Notes under the pieces: generated by a model | Database searches by the model: none | What the model was told of the DNA's origin: nothing | The model's input: the letters and a program-made list of their open reading frames with translations, nothing else | From: a virus | Lineage: Duplodnaviria > Caudoviricetes | Virus record (IMG/VR): IMGVR_UViG_3300037311_000345 | Span: 1-31,770 of that record | Direction: 5' to 3' (one strand) | Length of the DNA: 31,770 nt | Shown: piece after piece, positions 1-8,968 of the stretch | Layout: each line of letters begins with the position of its first letter | How positions within the stretch are numbered: the stretch's first letter is position 1 | Program-made: the position numbers and the translations under genes

Positions 1-1538
1 TTGGGGGACTGTATGAGATAACAAAGACACCAGGACAACCCGATAAACATACTCTCTACTTCAAAGGACTGTATGGGGATGTGTTTAGCCAAATGACACG
101 AAATGATGCACAGCTACAAAGAGAAGATGCTTTTGCAGGATTTTGGGATCGTATAGAGACAGAAATGAGTAAAGTAAAATATTCAGTTCTAAGAGAATTG
201 TTGAGTATAACAACAACCTTGAACTCAACAGTAGGAATCGTAACCCTACTTCTCTTAACAATACTCGTAGGCTATGGAATGCTAACACTGAATGGTAGTA
301 TCAATATGCATACAGTATTGACACCCATTATGCTAGTAGGGTTTTTATTTACCAACATCAACTGTGGGAACTTCACTTCCAAGAAAAGAGGAGAGGCACC
401 TTGGCTACTCCTAGCCAATGGTATAAACCAGAAGACACAGAGCATTGACCAACCACAAGGTGGTGGTAGCTCTGGAGGTGGAGGGGCAAGTCCTTTAGTA
501 CCCCCAACAGGAATGTTTTTTCTGCATCCAGATCATCTCGGTTCTATAAACATGATAACAGATGGCTTTGGAAATGTAATTACCGGTGGGAATAATGGTG
601 GGAAAAGTTCTATAAACTACAAGCCGTATGGGGAAATAAACAGAACCGACTCCAGTGGTCCCGACATTACCAAATTCAAATACACTGGTCAAGAAGAAGA
701 CAAAGAGAGTGGGCTCCTCTACTACAAAGCACGATACTATGACCCTGCATTGGGAAGGTTCTTGCAGGCGGACAGTATCGTAATGCCCGAAAGTTTGTAT
801 GGCATGAACCGCTATATGTATGTGGATGGTAATCCTGTGAAGTGGAAAGACCCTTCAGGAAATACGAAGAGAGAAAATTTTGCTTGGGCGGCAATGGCTT
901 ATTTAACTCATTCGCAAACTAATTTTGGAGCATTACCTGAACATGCGGCGATAGCAGGCTGGATGGTTGGGCATAATTTGAAGAAAAGTCGCCAGAGCAA
1001 AGTGAGGAATAATTACTTCCAAAGTAGATTAGATCAAGCTAACGTAACTAGTCAAAAAGCACAAAAGAAAGGACTTGATAATTATTGGAAAATGGCAGCA
1101 ATTGGAGCTAGCTTAAATGGACAGGAGGGAGCAACATCAGGCTTTATTTTAGGAACATTAATGGATAGAAAAAAATACCATCGTAGAATGGAAAGAATGA
1201 ATGCAAATGTTGAAGCTGCAATTAAAGTCATTGCTTTCGCTACTGGATTAGCCCAATTGGGAACTGCAGGATTATATAAAGAAGGTGTAACGATTGGTAA
1301 AAGAAGATATTTTTTACCAGAAATAGGAGCAGGATTAACATCAGGAACGGCAGGCTTTGCAACTGATTTTTTAATTACAGAGTTATTTGATAAGCCAGTT
1401 GAGCAGTATTACGAAACAAAAGAAGTTTCTAAATATACGATTATGAGTTGTGGAATATCTATGCTTGGTCATATAGATAAAAATCCAGATTCTAATCAAT
1501 TTGCAGATGGTGCTTGTTTGTTAGGTGCCAATTTATGA
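1..1538 (+). CDS. Rhs/YD-repeat polymorphic toxin, 3' part (5' end outside window); C-terminal domain starts after DPSG at ~861
   Basis: The frame of ORF 81..1538 is open back to position 3 (GGLYEITKTPGQPDKHTLYFKG, homologous to NGLYEINQKLGSPETHTLYIRG in the second Rhs). It has the Rhs-associated core motifs HPDHLGS, YKPYGE, FKYTGQEEDKESGLLYYKARYYDPALGRFLQAD and [18 protein letters not shown]. Confidence 0.93.
   Translation, partial: GGLYEITKTPGQPDKHTLYFKGLYGDVFSQMTRNDAQLQREDAFAGFWDRIETEMSKVKYSVLRELLSITTTLNSTVGIVTLLLLTILVGYGMLTLNGSINMHTVLTPIMLVGFLFTNINCGNFTSKKRGEAPWLLLANGINQKTQSIDQPQGGGSSGGGGASPLVPPTGMFFLHPDHLGSINMITDGFGNVITGGNNGGKSSINYKPYGEINRTDSSGPDITKFKYTGQEEDKESGLLYYKARYYDPALGRFLQADSIVMPESLYGMNRYMYVDGNPVKWKDPSGNTKRENFAWAAMAYLTHSQTNFGALPEHAAIAGWMVGHNLKKSRQSKVRNNYFQSRLDQANVTSQKAQKKGLDNYWKMAAIGASLNGQEGATSGFILGTLMDRKKYHRRMERMNANVEAAIKVIAFATGLAQLGTAGLYKEGVTIGKRRYFLPEIGAGLTSGTAGFATDFLITELFDKPVEQYYETKEVSKYTIMSCGISMLGHIDKNPDSNQFADGACLLGANL
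312..860 (+). repeat. Rhs core homology block, near-identical to ~4225-4774; shorter copies at 7634-7753, 11663-11771 and 13397-13568
   Basis: Direct DNA and protein comparison, from TVLTP.MLVGFLFTNINCG through DPSG. Confidence 0.92.
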
Positions 1539-2116
1539 AGATAATTTTAGTTTTATTTTTTTTTATGGGAAATTGTAATTTAGTTTTTTATAAACAAAAA
1601 AGTCATAAGGTATTGACCAATAAATATTGCATCACCGAGATAGGTTACTCGTATAAGTATCTTCATAAAACTCCTTTTAATAAAATTAAGACTACAGAAT
1701 ACTCATTGGATCAAGAAAATAAAACTAAATTATTAAAAATTATTGACTTACCTTATCAAAATTGTAAAGAAAAACATAGGGAAGTAGAAATTTTATTTAT
1801 AGATTCAGTTCACATTCCTGGCTATTCTTTTGGATTAGGTTTTATTAGTGCAGCATTATTTGTTCTCACTTATACTTTATTTCCTTTAATTTATACAGAT
1901 GAAATCCAGCTAGAATTAAAATTGTTAAATTCAAAAGATGTTAAATATCATAAAGTGAGAACTTCTAAATTTTATATTTATTCTACAACTGGTTTATTAT
2001 TACCTCTTTATCCTTTCTACCAATTGGAAAAATCTAGAGAACTTATCATAAAAGACTTAGTATACAGCCAATTAAATGACTTGGAAAGTGAAATGGATAA
2101 GGTGGAAGCAAAATGA
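1535..2116 (+). CDS. Putative immunity/partner lipoprotein of first Rhs (193 aa)
   Basis: ATGA overlap with the Rhs stop; signal peptide with lipobox MKIILVLFFFMGNC; AT-rich; immunity position. Confidence 0.7.
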   Translation: MKIILVLFFFMGNCNLVFYKQKSHKVLTNKYCITEIGYSYKYLHKTPFNKIKTTEYSLDQENKTKLLKIIDLPYQNCKEKHREVEILFIDSVHIPGYSFGLGFISAALFVLTYTLFPLIYTDEIQLELKLLNSKDVKYHKVRTSKFYIYSTTGLLLPLYPFYQLEKSRELIIKDLVYSQLNDLESEMDKVEAK

Positions 2117-2149
2117 GATATCAATTTTGAAGAAAAAAACTAAAACCCA

Positions 2150-2344
2150 ATGACTCCAATCCAAACTAACCACCCAACCCAACGCGTGAAGGATACAAAA
2201 GGCGACTTGCGAAAGCAAGTCGGTCTGAGTCTTGAAAAGATGAAGACGATACCCTTTTGTAGCCTGACCTTTCTTTACTTACCCGTAAAGATAGTATCTA
2301 ATGTAGAGAGTAGTAAAGAAAGGACACGCCCAGAAGAAGGCTCC
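2150..2344 (+). ncRNA. Structured repeat copy 1 (C-rich leader + Flavo-1-like multi-stem element)
   Basis: GCGTG/CACGC closing stem; TACAAAAGG/CCTTTTGTA; CGACTTGC-GAAA-GCAAGTCG; CCTTTCTTTACT/AGTAAAGAAAGG; ends ACACGCCC..GGCTCC. The Flavo-1 resemblance is from recall of the motif, not a search. Confidence 0.7.
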
Positions 2345-5300
2345 GAATATACAGACTATGAGAGTGGAGCGTATTTTAGCTCAACCACTAAGATAGTAAA
2401 GAATCCGGAGGGAGGAGAGATACGAGCTACAGAGTCTGTGGACGCACTGGGAAGAAGTGTGAGAAAAGAAAGCCCAGGGATAGAGAATGCAAAGATAGTA
2501 GAGACCACAGAATACAATGCAAAAGGGCAAGTAGTAAAGAAATCGAATCCGTATTTAGAAGGGAAAGAGAGTCCGGTGTATACTGTAAGCGAGTATGATG
2601 AGGTAGATGGAAATGTAACCAAGATTACCTATCCTGATGGAAGTTATGCGATTCCCACAGTAACAGGATTCAATGAGAAAGTAGAAGTGTATTCTGCGAG
2701 TGGAGAATTACTCACCACGAATGAGACTATCAAGAATGATAAGGGACTGGTATTAGAGAGAAGATTCAATGGAAAGAGTATACAGTATTTTTATGATGTG
2801 ACTGGGAAAGTAACTAAGATACGAGATGCAGAGAATGGAGAAACAGTCACTAGTTATGATAAGGCAGGAAGAAAGATTTCACACACAGACTCTAACTCTG
2901 GCACAACCCTTTACAATTATGATAGTAGTGGGAATATAAAGAGTCAGAAGGATGCGAGAAACATCACAACAAGTTTTGTGTATGATGAGTTAAATAGACC
3001 TACCTCCATACGTTTTAGTAACTCAGAGAAAGAGATACTGATGCAATACGATAGTGGGGAGTATGCCAAAGGTAGACTAACCAGAGTTACAGATGAGGCA
3101 GGAGTATTGGAATACAAGTATGATGTAAAGGGGAATCTAGTTTTGGAAAGGAGACAAATAGATGATAAGACAGTATTTTTAAAGAAAGAATATGATTTAT
3201 TAAATCGTTTGAATTCTATGACGTATCCTGATGGAACAAAATTGTATTATCACTATGCAAGTACGGGTCATTTGTATGAAGTAAAGATGGATACAGCCGA
3301 TAGACAGAGTTTAGGGCATAGTGTAGTAAAGTATAACGCAATAAAATACGAAGGCGATAGTATCAAAATAGATAAGTATACAGGGAATGGAGTTAGAACC
3401 GAGTTTGTATATGATAGAATAAGAAAACACCCAACGAATATGAACTATTACACCAAGAATAATCATTTAGAAAAGCAGATTGAACTCAAGTATGATGCAA
3501 AAGGGAATGTGATTACTTTAAATGATTTATTAAATTCTAATAGAAGTCAAACTTTTGAGTATGATAACCAAAATAGATTATTAAAAGCAAAAGGAAAGTA
3601 TGGAGAGGAAAACTACCAATATACAGATAATGGAAATTTAGTTAAGAAGAATCAATTTACATTATTTTATGAAGATAGTAAACATAGACATGCAGTAACC
3701 AAAGCTTTTTCTCAAAATACAGGTAATATTCATTATGCCTATGATGAAACAGGAAATATGATAAACCGAAATGGAGATGAATTTAAGTATACAGCACAGG
3801 GAAGATTAAAGGAAATTCATTTGAATAGTTCGGATGCAAAGATATACTACACCTATGATGCCTCTGGTAAAAGAATTAAAAAGCACTTACCTAATTCTAA
3901 ACAGACAGTATATACTTTTTTTAATGGATTGTATGAGATAAACCAAAAACTAGGAAGCCCTGAGACTCACACACTTTACATTCGAGGTGTGGGAGATGAA
4001 CTAGTGGCACAATTAACAAGAAGGGACGCTACATTAAAGGGATCTCAGGATTTTGGGTTTTCGGGATTTTGGGAAGAATATAATCAAATGAAATATGCAA
4101 TCCAACAGGTAGCTTTGAGTATATACTCGAAGCTACAGTCAACGGAGGGAGTTCTAAGCTTACTCATTCTATGTTTATCAGTAGGTTATGTATTACTTAC
4201 TCTTAATAATAGCATTACATTCTCGACAGTATTGACTCCCGTAATGCTAGTTGGATTTTTATTTACCAACATCAATTGTGGGAACTTTACATCCAAGAAA
4301 AGAGGGGAAGCACCTTGGCTACTGCTGGTAAGTGGTATAAACCAGAAGACAGAGAGCATAGACCAACCCCAAGGTGGTGGTAGCTCTGGTGGTGGAGGGG
4401 CAAGTCCTTTAGTTCCCCCAACAGGAATGTTTTTTCTGCACCCTGATCATCTCGGTTCTATAAACATGATAACAGATGGTTTTGGAAATGTAATTACCGG
4501 TGGGAATAATGGTGGCAAGAGTTCTATAAACTACAAGCCGTATGGAGAGATCAACAGAACCGACTCATCAGGACCCGACATTACCAAATTCAAATACACT
4601 GGGCAAGAAGAAGACAAAGAGAGTGGGCTACTCTACTACAAAGCTCGATACTATGATCCTGCGATAGGTAGATTCTTGCAAGCTGACAGTGTAGTAATGC
4701 CCGAGAACTTGTATGGCATGAACCGATATATGTATGTGGATGGTAATCCGGTGAAGTATGTGGATCCAAGTGGGAATAGTTTTTTTAAGAATTTTGCAAC
4801 TGCTTTACTAGCACCATTTACACTTCCAACGATTGCGGCTACCGCTATAGGAGCAGCTGGTGCTGCGATTGGTGCAGGTCTTGTAGGAGCCGCTACTGCT
4901 TTAGGAACTGCTGGGATTGCAGCCGGTGCTGGTATAGGGGCAGGACTTGTAGGGGCATCTAGTGCTGTAGCTGGAATGGGATTATTTTCTGCGTTAGATC
5001 CTTATGGGTTTATAGGCTATACAACGGGTGGAATAGGAGGAATCATTAAAAAAGGACAGTGGGATGAAAGGGAAGCACGTTTAAGAAGTCATGAATATCG
5101 TGTAATAGGAATGAAATGGTCAGCAATTATTGGAATTAATTTATGGCTTGGTGCTGGAGGCCTTTCTCCTTTTGCTCAATCAAAATTAGGTACTACGCTA
5201 GCTTCATATATTAGTAAAGGATTTGGATTATCTGAGTCTGCTTCTATGACTGCTGTCACAATAGGAGGTAGTTTTGTAGGTACTTTTCTTGGAAGTTTAG

Positions 5301-5494
5301 CAAGTGAAAATAAGGGTAGTGGTTTATATGACGATACTTGGAATGGACCCTTTAAGGATGCAGGTATTGGTGGACATCATAAAAATAATTTAATGGATAA
5401 TGTCTTCGGTGGTCATGGAGAGAAACAAAGATTATTATATACGATTTTTTATTTTTCACTAATTGAAAAAATAATTAAAAGGGAAAAATTATGA
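2150..5494 (+). CDS. Rhs/YD-repeat protein, 5'-truncated; first ~65 codons come from the structured repeat; Gly/Ala-rich hydrophobic C-terminal domain from 4775
   Basis: Many YD repeats (YFYDVTGKV, TSYDKAGRK, YNYDSSGNI, YTYDASGKR); full Rhs core ending YVDPSG; the CT has a long AxGAAGAAIGAGLVG glycine-zipper-like stretch. Confidence 0.92.
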   Translation: MTPIQTNHPTQRVKDTKGDLRKQVGLSLEKMKTIPFCSLTFLYLPVKIVSNVESSKERTRPEEGSEYTDYESGAYFSSTTKIVKNPEGGEIRATESVDALGRSVRKESPGIENAKIVETTEYNAKGQVVKKSNPYLEGKESPVYTVSEYDEVDGNVTKITYPDGSYAIPTVTGFNEKVEVYSASGELLTTNETIKNDKGLVLERRFNGKSIQYFYDVTGKVTKIRDAENGETVTSYDKAGRKISHTDSNSGTTLYNYDSSGNIKSQKDARNITTSFVYDELNRPTSIRFSNSEKEILMQYDSGEYAKGRLTRVTDEAGVLEYKYDVKGNLVLERRQIDDKTVFLKKEYDLLNRLNSMTYPDGTKLYYHYASTGHLYEVKMDTADRQSLGHSVVKYNAIKYEGDSIKIDKYTGNGVRTEFVYDRIRKHPTNMNYYTKNNHLEKQIELKYDAKGNVITLNDLLNSNRSQTFEYDNQNRLLKAKGKYGEENYQYTDNGNLVKKNQFTLFYEDSKHRHAVTKAFSQNTGNIHYAYDETGNMINRNGDEFKYTAQGRLKEIHLNSSDAKIYYTYDASGKRIKKHLPNSKQTVYTFFNGLYEINQKLGSPETHTLYIRGVGDELVAQLTRRDATLKGSQDFGFSGFWEEYNQMKYAIQQVALSIYSKLQSTEGVLSLLILCLSVGYVLLTLNNSITFSTVLTPVMLVGFLFTNINCGNFTSKKRGEAPWLLLVSGINQKTESIDQPQGGGSSGGGGASPLVPPTGMFFLHPDHLGSINMITDGFGNVITGGNNGGKSSINYKPYGEINRTDSSGPDITKFKYTGQEEDKESGLLYYKARYYDPAIGRFLQADSVVMPENLYGMNRYMYVDGNPVKYVDPSGNSFFKNFATALLAPFTLPTIAATAIGAAGAAIGAGLVGAATALGTAGIAAGAGIGAGLVGASSAVAGMGLFSALDPYGFIGYTTGGIGGIIKKGQWDEREARLRSHEYRVIGMKWSAIIGINLWLGAGGLSPFAQSKLGTTLASYISKGFGLSESASMTAVTIGGSFVGTFLGSLASENKGSGLYDDTWNGPFKDAGIGGHHKNNLMDNVFGGHGEKQRLLYTIFYFSLIEKIIKREKL

Positions 5495-6153
5495 AAATGA
5501 GTGTTTTTATGATTTTGACTTGTATTCATTGTTTTTATACAGGTCATTTATTTGTTCATAAGGAGAATATTGAATTAAACTCAGTACAGTTAGTATCAAC
5601 TGAAAATCTTACTTTTAATATTGTAGAAACATATCATGAGTCAAATTCAATGAGTTGGTTTGCTGACTATTCTGAATACATTGTAAATGAATTAAGAAGC
5701 ACTGAAAAATTAGGTATAGTCTCAGAGGTAAATAAACTTCCTGATTTAAAAAATTTAAACAATTTTCATATACAAATTTTCATTAAAGAAGAAAAACAAG
5801 GTGTATCATTTACAACTTCTATTCAAAGATTACTAAAGATACTTTCTTTTTTATCTCTTGGAATTATTCATTCATGGAATGAATCTAACTTAGAAATTAA
5901 ATATCAAATTTTTAATAAGAAAGGTATATTAAAAGAATTTAGATACCCTATCAAAAGGACCGAGACAAATGGTTTCATTTTTTTTAATATTAATAGGTTT
6001 GTTCTTTTTGCAGATGCTAAAAGAGACGAAATTGATATAACTGAAGGTGGAGTTAAAAAAACAATTCATATAAATCAAAAGATGGGTAAGTTTTTGAGAT
6101 ATACAGCAAGAGATGTAATCAATCAAATGCAGAATGAAGGATTGATTAAATGA
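5491..6153 (+). CDS. Putative immunity/partner (lipo)protein of second Rhs
   Basis: ATGA overlap with the Rhs stop; short hydrophobic N-terminus ending in Cys (MILTCIHC). Confidence 0.7.
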   Translation: MKMSVFMILTCIHCFYTGHLFVHKENIELNSVQLVSTENLTFNIVETYHESNSMSWFADYSEYIVNELRSTEKLGIVSEVNKLPDLKNLNNFHIQIFIKEEKQGVSFTTSIQRLLKILSFLSLGIIHSWNESNLEIKYQIFNKKGILKEFRYPIKRTETNGFIFFNINRFVLFADAKRDEIDITEGGVKKTIHINQKMGKFLRYTARDVINQMQNEGLIK

Positions 6154-6275
6154 AAAAATCTGTCGATTGATTAAATTTTCTATAATGAAATATTACATAA
6201 AGAAGTTGAGTTCATTAATGCAAAACTACCTTAATCAAAAATACAATTACAATACGATAGTATTCCTCATAACTA

Positions 6276-6360
6276 GCGTGAAGGTATTCGAGCGACCCTT
6301 AGTAAGCGAAGAATGGGCTTTTGGTTGCCAGAGGCAAAACTATAAAAAAGGTAAAGGCAG
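6276..6360 (+). repeat. Partial structured repeat (variant shared with 9252-9332), no C-rich leader
   Basis: GCGTGAAGGTATTCGAGCGACCC...GAAGAATGGGCTTTTGGTTGCCAGAGGCAAAAC closely matches the copy at 9252. Confidence 0.8.
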
Positions 6361-6367
6361 GTGCAAA

Positions 6368-6613
6368 ATGAAAAAACTTACATTAATACTAATTTTTATT
6401 CTAATATACTGTGGTAGTGGACCAGCAGAAGATAGAGCTGAGAGAAATTGTAAAAATTCACAATTATCTACTTTAGCAATTATAAATAATGAAAACATAA
6501 GTATTAGGACTAAGCAGTATTGGATATTTTTAGCCAATATAAATTGTCAAAATCAAGAGCATGACTCTCTCATTAACCGATACTATCGTGGTTATGTATT
6601 AGATAAAGAATGA
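6368..6613 (+). CDS. Small orphan lipoprotein (81 aa), immunity-like
   Basis: In-frame ATG inside track ORF 6167..6613; MKKLTLILIFILIYC lipobox; two further Cys about 30 aa apart. Confidence 0.75.
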   Translation: MKKLTLILIFILIYCGSGPAEDRAERNCKNSQLSTLAIINNENISIRTKQYWIFLANINCQNQEHDSLINRYYRGYVLDKE

Positions 6614-6659
6614 CCCCTCCCCAAACTAACCTCCCAACCCTACGCGTGAAGGATACAAA
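6610..6659 (+). repeat. Structured repeat copy, leader plus first stem only (truncated)
   Basis: ATGACCCCTCCCCAAACTAACCTCCCAACCCTACGCGTGAAGGATACAAA; overlaps the upstream stop codon. Confidence 0.85.
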
Positions 6660-6845
6660 TTTGGGTTTTCAGGACATAGGATATACGAACGGAATCAAAG
6701 GCATAGAGCGAGGATAAATGTCTATAGCTGTGGTTATGTTCTACAACAAATTCTAAATGAGAGGAATCCCGACGGTAATTCGGAATTTGGATTTGGTTTT
6801 GGAGGAGCTTTAGTATGTAACGATAAATACGGATATAAAGAATGA
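6660..6845 (+). pseudogene. Start-less toxin-tip remnant (RNQRHRA family)
   Basis: Manual translation: FGFSGHRIYERNQRHRARINVYSCGYVLQQILNERNPDGNSEFGFGFGGALVCNDKYGYKE*; homologous to 10486..10776; the stop overlaps the next ATG. Confidence 0.8.
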
Positions 6846-7078
6846 AAAAGAAAATTTTTAAAATCATTATATGTTCCGTATTAATTTGTCAAATAATCAA
6901 ATGCAGTGATAATTCATTTAAAAAAGAAGCCGAAATGAAAACTCTTATTTGTTCTTATCTTTTGTTTGAAACTTTTAAAAATTCGAATCCCAGTTTTGGA
7001 TTAGGTTTTCAGGCAGGTTTGTATTGTATTGATAAATACGGTTATGAAAAAAGTGAATTTTATCCTTTTGTGCAATGA
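6842..7078 (+). CDS. Small partner lipoprotein, paralogue of 10773..11021
   Basis: Signal peptide ending IIKC; shares CSYLLF...KNSN and CIDKYGYE.SEFYPFVQ with 10773..11021. Confidence 0.8.
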   Translation: MKKKIFKIIICSVLICQIIKCSDNSFKKEAEMKTLICSYLLFETFKNSNPSFGLGFQAGLYCIDKYGYEKSEFYPFVQ

Positions 7079-7239
7079 GTGATGATGACAGAATGTATCA
7101 GAGAAATCAAAGGCATAGAGCATTGGTTAGGGGAATGGGGTGCTTGTATACAAGTGAAGGGTTAAACTTTGGTAGTCAATGAGGGCAAACTATTTTTTCA
7201 ATTCAATGTTCAATTGATTATGGAAATAATATTAGGTAA
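7075..7239 (+). pseudogene. Mini tip cassette (RNQRHRA family) with in-frame TGA at 7180
   Basis: Manual translation: MSDDDRMYQRNQRHRALVRGMGCLYTSEGLNFGSQ*GQTIFSIQCSIDYGNNIR*; 5' arm nearly identical to 11018-11073. Confidence 0.75.
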
Positions 7240-7245
7240 AAATGT

Positions 7246-7458
7246 ATGAAAATTATTTTTAATCTTATAATATTTTATTTATTATTTAATTGTGATAATG
7301 AAAAAGTTCGAAACAATATTTTAACTGAAGGTCGTAATTGTATCATATTAGTAGGTATAGTTTCAGAAAATAATAAACTAACGCAAAGACAACAAACTAT
7401 TCTGAATTCATCATGCTTAATTTCAACTAACAATAAATTAGAAAAAACAACCCAATGA
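7246..7458 (+). CDS. Small partner lipoprotein (70 aa)
   Basis: MKIIFNLIIFYLLFNC lipobox; internal Cys pair. Confidence 0.78.
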   Translation: MKIIFNLIIFYLLFNCDNEKVRNNILTEGRNCIILVGIVSENNKLTQRQQTILNSSCLISTNNKLEKTTQ

Positions 7459-7633
7459 CCCCTCCCCAAACTAATCACCCAACCCTACGCGTGAAGGATG
7501 TGGAGGGCACGTAGGGTCAGGTTTTCAACCTGACCGAAGCGTAAGCGTAGCCCGTAGCAGCCTGACGGCATACAGTCGTGAAAAGGTAGTATTGTATACA
7601 AATAGTATGCCGACACGCCCTAGATTAGGCTCC
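7455..7633 (+). ncRNA. Structured repeat, full copy with REP-like GTAGGGTCAGGTT-TTC-AACCTGACC hairpin
   Basis: Leader + GCGTGAAGGATG...GTAGCAGCCTGAC...ACACGCCC...GGCTCC; CGGCATAC/GTATGCCG stem; near-identical to 11484-11662. Confidence 0.72.
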
Positions 7634-8473
7634 GATCCTGTAATAGGTAGATTTCTACAGGCGGACAGTATCGTAATGCCCGAGAATCTGTATGGAATGA
7701 ACCGATATATGTATGTGGATGGTAATCTGGTGAAGTATACGGATCCGAGTGGTCATTACAATGCAAAGAACTTTATGCAAGATGCTGTAACTTATTTAAC
7801 TTTTCAAGCAATAGGGAATAGTAATTCATTAACTGAAAAATTCATGCTATATAAGGCAGGTGTAAAAGAAAGATATAATCATAGGAATGAAAAAGGAAGT
7901 AGCTTTTGGAGATCAGATGTAGGGGGATTTTTTAAAACATTCAGTCTTTTAAATTGGGTAGGTTATTCATATGCAGCCCTGAATTATACAGTTGGAAGAA
8001 TACTTGCACCTATAACTAAGAAAAATCCTCAAATAAAGAAAGTGAAAGGGGGTTACGTAGTAACCAACGGTCCTTTAGTTGCTTCTGGTATTTCTTTAGG
8101 GCAATTTGCTGTTATAAACGATGATAATGAAGCCACTATAAGGCATGAAGCCGCCCATATCGAGCAATATAATGAATGGGGAGAAAGTGTCTATCTAGGA
8201 AGAACAGCAAGTGGTCCTTTTAAAAATTTATTTGGAGGAAAGACTAACTGGGCAGAAAACAATGCAGATAATCGTGCTGGTACTTGGAGTTATAGTAGTG
8301 GAACTGTTGATAATTTGATAGATATTACTTCTGCGATAACAGTATTGGCAATATTTAAGAGAAATGCATCACCTCAAGGAGAACAAAGAAGTCAAGCACA
8401 GGCAATTGTTGATCAATCTTTTAGAGACTTAGGTTTAGCTTTATTTTTAGAAGGACTTGGCTATGTACCATAA
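7634..8473 (+). CDS. Orphan Rhs C-terminal cassette with HEXXH zinc-metallopeptidase-like domain (probably silent; track ORF 7592..8473 starts inside the repeat)
   Basis: Begins at [11 protein letters not shown]...YTDPSG; the CT contains GISLG...[12 protein letters not shown]...NWAENNAD. Confidence 0.82.
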   Translation, partial: DPVIGRFLQADSIVMPENLYGMNRYMYVDGNLVKYTDPSGHYNAKNFMQDAVTYLTFQAIGNSNSLTEKFMLYKAGVKERYNHRNEKGSSFWRSDVGGFFKTFSLLNWVGYSYAALNYTVGRILAPITKKNPQIKKVKGGYVVTNGPLVASGISLGQFAVINDDNEATIRHEAAHIEQYNEWGESVYLGRTASGPFKNLFGGKTNWAENNADNRAGTWSYSSGTVDNLIDITSAITVLAIFKRNASPQGEQRSQAQAIVDQSFRDLGLALFLEGLGYVP

Positions 8474-8729
8474 AATTTCAATACTACTGTTACTTTTATT
8501 ACAATTAAACTGTGGACTCAATAGATACAGTGATTATGAAATATGTGAAAAAAGAGCTAAAGAAAAAGCTTTATTGAATGATTTATTATATTATGATCTT
8601 TTCTTTAAAAGGAATGTTGAAGTTACATCTGATGTTATAGGTCTTTATTTTGTATTTCAAACTATTACTGATTTATATTTAAAGTCTTGTAAGCAAGCTG
8701 CAGATGAAGGCAAACCATTACCTAACTGA
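8463..8729 (+). CDS. Partner lipoprotein (88 aa)
   Basis: ATG overlaps the toxin end (GGCTATGTACCATAA); LLLLLQLNC lipobox; Cys pair. Confidence 0.8.
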   Translation: MYHKISILLLLLLQLNCGLNRYSDYEICEKRAKEKALLNDLLYYDLFFKRNVEVTSDVIGLYFVFQTITDLYLKSCKQAADEGKPLPN

Positions 8730-8740
8730 TTGCGACTCAA

Positions 8741-8968
8741 ATGAAAATTTTATTTGGAGGAAAGACTAACTGGGCAGAAAACAATGCAGATAATCGTGCT
8801 AGTACTTGGAGTTATGATGGAAGAAAAATAGTAAATGGATTAGTAAACTTTTCAGAAATAGTTTTATTTATAAGTATAGTTAGTAATACAAATAGACAAG
8901 ATATTGTAAAACCCTTTATTGAATATCAGATTGCTTTAATTCTACAGCGACAAGGCTATGTACCATAA
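8741..8968 (+). CDS. Alternative terminal tip for the metallopeptidase-like CT (second-level cassette)
   Basis: [21 protein letters not shown] is shared with 8226-8293 at DNA level; then a different ~45 aa; then the same GYVP end. Confidence 0.8.
   Translation: MKILFGGKTNWAENNADNRASTWSYDGRKIVNGLVNFSEIVLFISIVSNTNRQDIVKPFIEYQIALILQRQGYVP

Noticed and set aside
2221-2250. Hammerhead or other known ribozyme (CTGA...GAAA)
   Set aside because: The CUGAUGA core and three-stem geometry are absent; GAAA here is a tetraloop.
7180-7182. Selenocysteine or recoded TGA
   Set aside because: It aligns with Arg in the partner motif, no SECIS-like hairpin is evident, and TGA is a normal stop elsewhere; a nonsense mutation is simpler.
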